Of a stretch of 64,000 nucleotides of DNA, positions 53,841-64,000 are shown piece after piece. A model generated the notes under the pieces. That model worked only from the letters and a program-made list of their open reading frames with translations, did no database searches and was not told the origin of the DNA. Numbering within the stretch: the first letter of the stretch is position 1; each line of letters begins with the position of its first letter. A program made the position numbers and the translations under genes. Origin of the DNA: Tubiluchus corallicola (lineage: Eukaryota; Animalia; Priapulida); assembly GCA_030141605.1 (NCBI GenBank), contig JAQGDQ010000037.1, forward strand, positions 434,001 through 498,000. The letters are read 5' to 3'.

Positions 53841-53924
53841 GAAGCTCTATCGATAAATTTGAATTTAGTAAGGCAGATCAACTCTACATATATACCTAAG
53901 TTTAGTTTGTGTAAAAAGCGTATA

Positions 53925-54566
53925 TTAAAGCAAAACTGGATCCAATCTTAAACTGTAGATCAAAACAATCTACTCTTTAAAATATTGAAAGGAAACATGC
54001 AATTTTTTTTCAAAAATGACTTATGAATTTATGACGTGAAAGAATTATTACCACACAAGCACCATTTTGCGTTGGCGCCACTAGTGCTTCGCTGTTACAT
54101 GCATTTCGCCATCCGCTAGTTAGACGGGCACTAGTGCCTGCATTTCGGAAACGCATTTCACAAAAAAAACAGGTGCTGTACCTCTCAGTTCAGATGTGTT
54201 AGTTCGTGACGAACTACACACGTTCGACAGCTCATGCGTGAACACAGCGCTAAATTTGAAATGTGAATTTTTATTTTAAAACTTGCCTAGTTTTAGTACA
54301 ACACACTGAATATATTACAGTAGCATTGTACTTCAATTTTCGCTTTCGCAAGCAAGTATAACACGCTCGTGGAATATTTTTCCTGTTGAAAATCCTGTAA
54401 GTTTGTGATGTTATCAACAGTTGGGCTCCCTCGCCGTTAATTAAGTTTTTAATCTATTGTTTAATCATCAGCAACGCTTTTGCAGCACTAATTGCGTAAA
54501 AATGTACACTTTTTATCGGACTTGAAAATGAGGTAGTATATGAAAAATCATCCTGTCTTCCTTTAA
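53925..54566 (-). mobile_element. Kolobok-type MITE, copy 5, subfamily B, inverted
   Basis: Plus strand reads TTAA|AGCAAAACTGGA ... ATCCTGTCTTCCT|TTAA. The reverse complement matches copies 2 and 3. Confidence 0.85.
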
Positions 54567-56392
54567 AGGAAAAACTAAACCGTGAACAACATTCATTGTA
54601 TTTTAATATACACTTAGAAGTTTTGAAATTACCACACAATATACGTGCATAAAATTTATCTTCCTTAAAAATGTAAACGAATTTTAAATCATCCTTATCT
54701 CCCACAGAAACGAACTTCGTTGCGGTTATATTTTGAAAAAATGACGTAAGTTGGTGGAAGCAACAGAACTTCTGCGCGTTGGAGAAGGCACGCGCAACAA
54801 AGAAATTCACTCTCGCTGACTAAATCTTTGGGTTTAACTGTGTTGATGTAAAAATTGGTCACCGTATAAGCGGCCGAACCAATTAGCAACAACTTTAAAC
54901 TGGTTATATAGCATTAACTCACAGGATTATACTTCAAAATGTGTCAGTACTGCACATAATATAAGTATAGATAAGAATGGAATTTAAGTCAGTAAAGTAT
55001 AAAGATAATATTGAGTGAAAATGAACAGTGACTATTTCTCTTTTGCTAGACTTCTTTTACAGGACACCATTTGTGACAAACCTATGCATTGCATTACATT
55101 TAAAGATTTATGTCATTTCCGCGTCCTAACATTGCACCCATATCCACATTATCAGACTTCGCTGATTTTTGTTTGAACACCAAGATGCTGTACCAACATT
55201 TTCCCTTGTTTCTTATCGGTTTACAATGTTTAAGTGTTTGTTCGGATTTCGTACATTAAATAGATTGTTGTTCGGGTTCATGACGATATAGCAATCTATC
55301 GGTTTCCCGCCTTTGTTTATTATTTAACTTGTGATAAGCAAAATAAAGAAAAACAAAGGTGTTCTCTTGTGGGCCGGTAACTGATGAATATAAAAACAGG
55401 TGTACAGATAAGCGCGCTTGTTATGCTCAGATAACTACTGCTTACTTTTAAGCAACATATTCCCTCCTAGATAAACTAAGGTTTGCTTTTATGACTTTTC
55501 AATAAGTCTTCCTTGACAGAAATAACATCTAGGAACATCGTTATGCTCCCCTCCAGAATAGGTCTGGCCCTCCCCACGCCCACCGGATCAGTTCAGTTCG
55601 GCTTCGTTCTATTTCGTTTCGTTTCTTCTCCTTCGCTATTATTCATACTTTTCTCTTCTATCTTGATCTTTTCCGCTTTTCTTGTCTTCATTTACTTTGC
55701 CCAAAGTTCCAAACAGAAACTGTCATTTATCTCAACTGTCCTATATAAAACCGCAACATACAAATTCATGTCAGTTGCTTGTCTTTAATCTACTTTAATG
55801 AAAGATTCTTTCAGGTTTAATATTATTGTTTGTCGGTACATGTCTTTTACATAAAAGAAACGAACCAAATGATATAATACCTGTCTTATCTTATATAATA
55901 AGTCATTATCATGAGCAATAAACTGTGCGGCTTAGCACTTATAAAAGAGATATGAGCACGTAAGAAAAGATAAGTTACAGGTATTTATGGTTGTGTAAAT
56001 AAATGTGTTATGTTATTAACATTTGTCATGCATTATGTATTAGAGCAATCAAGTCAGGCAATATATAATAATAACAATATAATAAGACTCCAATTTATCA
56101 AATTTGTTAAATACGGTACCGAGCGGTGTTATTATGAGCCAGGCCAAAGCCGCCTAACGCTTGGAAAAATAGGTTTTTTGATATTATGATGAAAACAATG
56201 AACACAAAAATATTTAGCAATCGAAATATACAAAAATACCTGTTATTTGCTCTGTTAGACTGTCGACATTATGATTGTTGTCGCGGTTGCGTCATCGCCG
56301 TCATTGTTGTTTTCCCATCTGCGCTATAGTAACATTTTCACTACCGGTTAAAACTTATATTTGATATTTTGTTCACCATTTGTTCATTTATT

Positions 56393-56653
56393 CATCCATC
56401 CATCCATCCATCCATCCATCCATCCATCCATCCATCCATCCATCCATCCATCCATCCATCCATCCATCCATCCATCCATAAACCATCCATCCATCCAACC
56501 ATTAATTCATAATTCATTCTTTCGTTCTTGTTTTCATTCACCCACTCACTCACTCATTCGTTCATTCATTCATTCATTCATTCATTCATTCATTCATTCA
56601 TTCATTCATTCATTCATTCATTCATTCATTCATTCATTCATTCATTCATTCAT
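56393..56653. repeat. Compound (TCCA)n ... (TTCA)n microsatellite
   Basis: Read directly from the sequence. Confidence 0.97.
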
Positions 56654-57544
56654 TGAAAAGCTAAATAATGAATTAAATGAATTTACAAAATCATTAGACC
56701 TCAGCTTCTGAGTTTATCAATAAAAAAAAAGAGAAACAAGTTGTCTGCTTATGCCCACGCTGTTGTTGTCTAGTCAGTCTAAAAGTTTTCCTCATATAAT
56801 ACGCTGTCAGTAAACGCTATCTAAGTTCAAATCAAAAGCATTAGTCTAGTTAGTTTGGTTTAGTTAGAAGTGTTTGTGAATAAGCTACTAACAACTGCAT
56901 GAACACTGGTTGTGTTACTGCAAGTGTAACTGATGATGGATTAAGCTATCCTCAGCAAAATCGAAAATTTACAAAGAAAGGACTTCAATACCAGTGGATG
57001 TTTCCTCTTCTTCTCAATTTTGCAACTTCGCTTGTATTGAAAAACAATTCAACTACTCCAAAGATTATTGATACATGCAGTGTACAATTGATGAAAGGCG
57101 GCTCTGTGTTTGTTAAACTTTGTAGACATTGCTTTGTGGTCACCGCTTCCCAAATAGTACATTATGTGTGAGATAAGAGCTAAATGTACTAAATAGCAAT
57201 GCCGTATGTGCACAAGGAATGCTGGGTTACAGTAAGAGGCAGCGCAATGAAATGGATAAAAGTCTGATAGATCTTCTATAGCGTTTTCTTTGTTTTTGAC
57301 ACGCTGTAGACTTTTGTCGCCCGACAAAAATCGACCAACTTTCATTAGTGAAAACGTTAAGCGTTACTTCTTGATGGCCAAGTTTTCTTCAAACATCCGA
57401 ATTTGAATGAAAACGTAAAAGGACGCTAGCACATTCGTCCTTTTCAACAAAAATCATGTGAGAGTGTGCAAGTGTGCAGTGTGTAACAGAGTTACACACA
57501 TGAAATTCGTTTACCACTGCCTAAATGCGAAATACACAATTTCT

Positions 57545-57945
57545 GATATTAATTGTCGAAGTGACGGGCTGGTATAATGATAAAAAGTGAAATGATAAAC
57601 TGGCGAAGTGATAAACTGACGAAACAACAGACTGGCGAAATGATAAACTGCCGAAACGTGAACTGACGAAGTGATAGACTGGCGAAATAATTGTCCGACG
57701 AAATAATAAACTGACGAAACAACAGACTGGCGAAATGATAAAAAATGAAATGATAAACTGCCGAAACGTGAACTGACGAAGTGATAGACTGGCGAAGTGA
57801 TAAACTGACGAAATGATAGGTCAGAGAAAGGATAGATTGCGATATGATGTAATGAAAGACAAAATGCTCGACTGGCAAAAAAGTAGACTGGCACAAAAGC
57901 AGTCATACACTGGCGAAATGATATCCTGGCGAAGTGAATTACTGC
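57545..57945. repeat. Array of 15-16-bp units CTG(G/A/C)CGAA(A/G)TGATA(A/G)A with a higher-order duplication
   Basis: Units CTGGCGAAATGATAAA, CTGACGAAACAACAGA, CTGCCGAAACGTGAA and CTGACGAAGTGATAGA recur twice in the same order. Resembles subterminal arrays of foldback-type transposons. Confidence 0.8.
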
Positions 57946-57996
57946 TATGTAATGGCGTCTTGCGACGCAGTTTCAAATTAAAATAAAACGAATCAA

Positions 57997-58140
57997 GGTA
58001 GAAAAAAGTCAAAAGAAAAAAGGCACAGGAAAAAAGAAATAAACCCTGCCCGAATCCTAACTCTAGCTAATATTGATTGTGAACTTTTTCCTCTGATTTT
58101 TTTCCTTGACTTTTTTGTTCTGACTGTATTACCAGTCGCC
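57997..58140. mobile_element. Small foldback-like MITE with imperfect inverted arms
   Basis: AAAAAAGTCAAAAGAAAAAAGGCACAGGAAAAAAG versus CTTTTTCCTCTGATTTTTTTCCTTGACTTTTTT, flanking a central AACCCTG..CCTAACTCTA core. Confidence 0.55.
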
Positions 58141-60172
58141 AATGAAACGTTTACGTGAACACGTCTCAACCTTGTAAAAAATGTAAAAAAGTAAAATAAT
58201 AAGGCTTGCTAGTTGTTACTAGGTTTTTGACAATCAAACTTGGCCGAAGTAGGTGAAACATTTAAATTACTGTGACACACTTGTTAGTCTTTATTTACCA
58301 ATTGCCAAAAATATATAAAACATAAATTATATAAATTATCTATAATTACCCGAAACTTTTAATTCAGCTTGCATGTATTTTTTAATCTATAGTCAATCGG
58401 TGTTCGCGAGCCATTACATTACTGTGTTGGTAAAGAGTTTCTTGAATAGTCAGAAACAAAGTGTGTGAAAAAAACAAACATCACTTTCAGAGCCATTGCT
58501 TTTTTACATTTATTAACAAAATATCTGATAACATGGAAAATATTGTTCATCTGTATGTAAATTAGTTAAATTCATTTTGTTCTACCAAAATGTTAATATC
58601 GTACTTTATAGCCTAAACTGTGATTTCACTAAAATTAGGTTTTGGTGCTCAAAGCAGGGAGATGACTGAAACAATTTATAGCCACGTAAAGGTGTTTCAT
58701 CTAAGCAGAACAGAGATCGTTAGCGAAGTCTCCAACATATTCACTGCTGATTTTTCACGATTAAAAGACAACTTATTTTCTCGAATCTTACTAATAACGT
58801 ATTTGGATCTTTTTACATTTGGCGTCGTAGTAGTGTCAACATAATTATGAATTTGCAGTTAACGAGTTTGATGATCAATGATTACGTGAAATTTAAAATA
58901 TAATTGTACTGCACTGGTATTGTACTTATCTTACTCCGTCTGTAACGGAATTACTGCTGAAATCGGCATTAATAATTTCGCTAGTTTTCGCTTGTTGATT
59001 TTATTTAAATCTTAAGTTTACTTTCTAGAAAAAGACTCATGTGACGTTAATTTACACGCAACGCAAATCATCTTATGGTTTAGTAGCCGTTTACATACAG
59101 ACTAGGGTAGCGAAGTTCTTGCTTGAAAGTCAACCAATTCGTTTGGCTCCAGGTAATGTTCCTCTATAAGTAGTTCGATTCGCTGACGATTCGCAAATAC
59201 CTTCTACCAAGCTCGTTTCAATACACGTTATTATAACCCTAGAATAGACAAGATAATATGATACACCATCATCAAAGGCGGGTCTAATTGAAAACTGAAT
59301 TATTAAGAACTCTGCGACAATGCTAATATAATACATTTTGCACAGTGTATGAATGGTGCATAATGTTGTATGGCGTATCGACACAATAGATCCATAAATG
59401 TTTGAAAGTGTGTATTCAGCAAGCTATGAATACCTTACATTATGACTGCTTTTATCAGCACAGTTGCGTAGAGCCACTGTTGAACATTAAACAGACGCAA
59501 ATTGTAAAGAAACGAAAGAGTTTTGCACATGTGAATACTTAATGTGTTCTATCTATTTTACCAATGAAAGCCCAGCATTAATATTTGATGCATTTATCTG
59601 TTGTGAATTAGGGTTTAAAAATTATCTATTCGCTGTGAAAGAGCTGGCAATATAATATGCAAAGAATAGATGTATATTGAGTCACGAAAAGTGTATTGTG
59701 ACGAAAATAAAGCAGGTTTTTTCCATAGCTTTTATCAGAAACACGTTAGAGAGAACACAATACATTGAGATATATTAGCCTAAATATTGCTGTTGTGCTC
59801 AAATCTTATAAAATGCATTTGGCCTACTTTTCCTGACAGTTTTAGTATTAATAATGTTGTTATGGGATTTAGTTAATTTGTGAGCTGATCTTACCAAGAA
59901 CAATAAGATGATCTGACGTTTTGTAAACTTACTATAGTAAAGGCAAGTTGAAATTTATTTGGGTATAACAATTACACGGTTTCACAGGACAACAACATAA
60001 TACACAATATTTGAAGAAGCAAATTAAGAATTAAACAACAGATGATACAAACAAATATTCAACCACAAAGTAATTATAGCAGTATATGTTTCACTGTTAG
60101 ATTGGTAATTGAAATTCAGGTATTACATAACATTGTTGCATAATAAATGTGTAATATAAATCAGCAACCATG

Positions 60173-60760
<588 letters not shown>

Positions 60761-62194
60761 TAAACGTGTTATAGTACACAAAAACTTTCTACAGCAATTA
60801 TCTAATCTTATTTTTGAAAATCTGATGTAATTCTCATTCAACATTAATTAATAACGTAGATATTTTACTGATCACAGTGCTAGTTGCTGCTCACAATCAA
60901 ATCTGCCCGCTAATCAGCCTATTAATGAAGCGTGTAGACAATTTCTTGATAGCAGCCTGGTCATAAATCTGGGCAGTTTACTAATTTATTACAAGCGAAG
61001 CTCGTGAGTCTCAATTACCAAATCTGGGCAGTTAATCTAATCTTAGCACATTGATTATGCCAACTGATTAATATTCTAATCTAGATAATAGAGCGAAATG
61101 CGAATTTTATGGACCTCATTTTGTCTAACCGCCATTAACAACGACTAGTTAATAAAGGAAAAGCACGAAGTGTTATCATTTTGGAGAAAACCGAGAGATA
61201 TTGAATGGAATGATTTAGATTCCTTGGTTTTTATTAAGTTAGAAATCTGCATAAAGGGCTCATATACATATATCTTCCGTTGAATAAATAAACTCATTTA
61301 GACAACTTTCATCAGTGTTCTTTTGGAATTACTTTTTTTCCTACAATTTTTCTTCCTCTTTGCGAGAATGTTAAGTAAACAATAAAGTATACGGGGCAGT
61401 CAGTTTTATGAAAATTTATCACTGCTCCAAATGTGCTAGACGCATTTGCAAATTAACTCAAATGCAATGTTCGGGGTAATAATCTATTGACTGGGCAAAA
61501 CGTGTTATTTGTGCTAAAATGCAATAGTGAAAAGGCTGCACATTATTTAGCATTGGTTGTCGTTTTATATCGTTAACGAAAAATTACTAAGCCTGTTTTC
61601 AAATGAAAGAAGTATTAGCACGGCTCCCTCTAACAAAATTAAATCTTTTTAACATGCTTGAGATCGATTGAGTGTGCATGAGTAAGTTTGAAGTAAGTTT
61701 GAGCAGCCGTTTTAAGTAAAAAGTGTGAGTGTATGTTCGTTTCAACGTCATTTAGCAATGAAAGCCTAAACTTTAAAGGTAAAACATATTAATCTAAATT
61801 ACTCCAGCAATAATTTTTCTGTAACATATACAATATCATAACGTATTACACGAAATCCGCGTGGCGCCTTGTGAATATTGTGAAAGTTGCCTAAATAAGT
61901 TTTATTTATTCAACGGAAGATATACTAGCCCTTAACAAAATTTCGTATTAGTGCTCATAAATTAGCATTTGAAATCAGTATATATCATAAGCCGAAAACA
62001 AATACCCGTAGAACACGAGTATGTAAAAATTGTTGTTTAAATAAAGTAGAAAGTAGAGGTTGAATTGCATGTAATTACTGAATGCCCACTGTACGCTCAC
62101 ATATGTTTGATACTCTAGCTGACTTTCGTACTAACTTTTAATACGTTTCCTAATGAGAAATTTGTGTTTTTAAATTCGTAACAAGATGTAGAGA

Positions 62195-62531
62195 AGTTGT
62201 AAAACATTAATGCTAGATTCGTCCAGAAGATCTTTGAAATCTGACAGACTTAACTCACAGCAAATATGACTGATTAAGAGCAATAATTGTAAAATAATAA
62301 GTCTATGATATCAAGACTGTTTATATGTATATATGTTGTTTTGTTGTGTGTGTTTGTGTGCTTGAACCATTATACCACACAACAAAACAACATATATACA
62401 TATAAACAGTCTTGATATCATAGACTTATTATTTTACAATTATTGCTCTTAATCAGTCATATTTGCTGTGAGTTAAGTCTGTCAGATTTCAAAGATCTTC
62501 TGGACGAATCTAGCATTAATGTTTTACAACT
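62195..62531. repeat. Perfect inverted repeat: 156-bp arms (62195-62350 and 62376-62531) with a 25-bp spacer
   Basis: Checked base by base: the right arm is the exact reverse complement of the left arm. Confidence 0.97.
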
Positions 62532-63389
62532 ACAATTAATGTTTTACAATTAATGTTTCTGTACGTTATTGTAGTCTGTTCTTTTTTATGTCTAGTGTAT
62601 GCGGTTTTTTCTCTTTTGTGTTCTGTTATTCAATAAACAACAATTAACAGAATAACTGCTATATCTTTAAGGAATGTTACATGAAGTCACAAAATCACTG
62701 CTTTCATCGCGTAATTATAATATTAATATTAATGGTGTATTTGTATTACATTGGACTTAGTAAAATGTCCACAGTACAATAGGCCTAGCCACGGCCAATT
62801 AGCGTCGTTGCGTTTGCAGTCTGTTTTCGTTGTCTTTGTTCTTGAAATGGAGTACATTGCAAACAGTATGCAATGCGCACTTTAGTTAATTAACAAAGAG
62901 TAACAAAGCCATACGATACGCACCCTTGTTCATTTTGACTGAGAATAAATATTTACGTAATACATTGGCAAAACTCATGTTTGTCCTACGGCTTCTATTA
63001 ACTGTAAATTTGTCAATTGAACAATGAAATTTACATTTGCGTTAAGATTCTCCGCGTCAAACACAAACGATTAGCGGGTCAAAGTCAATTTAAATCTAAA
63101 TTAAATATTAATGTTGCTTGATCGTTTATTTGGTGAATAATAATAGATACACGATGCGACCCCGTGGTATCAATTACTTCAAAAGGTAGCTAGCAATTTC
63201 TTCTTTTATTTGTAACATAACAGATATTTTACATATCTACAAAATATAACAAGGAGTAGTTAGTATACATATATAAAAAAGAAAGAAATTGGTATGCATA
63301 AAGTAAACAATTTATAAAAATGACGAAATGCATAAAAATGTCGTTCATTTTCACTTATCCTTCACAGATAAACTTGTAAACACATACTG

Positions 63390-63875
63390 AAAGCATTAAT
63401 CACTAGCTTTTTAACATTCACGGTACCAAACCAAGATAAATCATACTTTCTTTATAAGTGACAATGACTATCGTTAGTTAAATACAGCATTAATAGGACA
63501 TTATCGATGCTCATGTTTTGAATTTTGTTTTAAAAAATTAATATTTTACAATCAGTTAGAAAGTATGCAAGCATAGTAGGCCTACCACAGTAATTCATTA
63601 AAATTTTGACACTGTCAATAAGTCTATAATTAAAAATCTTTTAAAATATTTTCTTGCTCGAGCGATAATGAATTAACTTCTACTGCATACAACAGAATTG
63701 GAAATAAGCTATGATTACGTATAATATTATATTGATTAATTATTAAATTCCCACAAGAAGGTTTGCACACCCTTGTATTTAAACATTATGCAGATGCAAC
63801 TACAAGTTACATACACTGTATTAACTTCTATTAACGTCAAGAAATAGCGGTACTCCAAATAGCTTTCGTTTTGGT
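63390..63875 (-). pseudogene. Degenerate non-LTR retrotransposon (LINE) reverse-transcriptase C-terminal fragment
   Basis: Minus frame HSLFPILLYAVEVNSLSLEQENILKDF* (~63630-63713) matches the P-x-L-x-Y-G/A-x-E thumb motif. A frameshifted YLGV-like stretch lies ~160 nt upstream and SWFGTV lies downstream. Many stops. Confidence 0.55.
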
Positions 63876-64000
63876 GATAAATAAATCGCAAGTTACAATA
63901 AAAATGTTTTAGCTGATTAAACGCAACTAGCTTGAAGCATGTTAAAGATTCAGAGCAACACTTTGTTCACTAAGTATCCATCAATCGTCTCAAACAAATG

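Noticed and set aside
57545-57945. CRISPR-like or hammerhead-like array (CTGACGA...CGAAA) and the 131-aa ORF
   Set aside because: Short degenerate tandem units. CTGACGA and GAAA are not joined by a properly closed stem II, and the ORFs are repeat translations.

Overview
AT-rich animal (invertebrate-like) genomic DNA, not prokaryotic. The only credible intact protein-coding gene is an intronless SoxB2 (Sox14/Sox21-type) HMG-box transcription factor on the minus strand. Its first ATG is at 22598, its stop is at 21798 and it encodes 266 aa. No other recognisable gene lies in the ~21.8 kb downstream or ~41.4 kb upstream. The rest of the window has three components. (1) Transposon remnants: five copies of a ~0.6 kb TTAA-flanked Kolobok-type MITE in two subfamilies, a full-length tRNA-derived MetaSINE, a hAT-type MITE, foldback-like arrays and LINE/Penelope relics. 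(2) Micro- and minisatellites, which explain many of the spurious ORFs in the track. (3) Motif-dense unique blocks that look like enhancers. Highlights: a minimal hammerhead ribozyme motif at 13051-13088; a candidate orthologue of the ancient SoxB2 conserved enhancer at ~18555-18710; a perfect 156-bp-arm inverted duplication with repair-type scars at 62195-62558; and a cluster of Pumilio elements in the SoxB2 3' UTR. All family assignments are by eye and from recalled consensus motifs; no database search was run.
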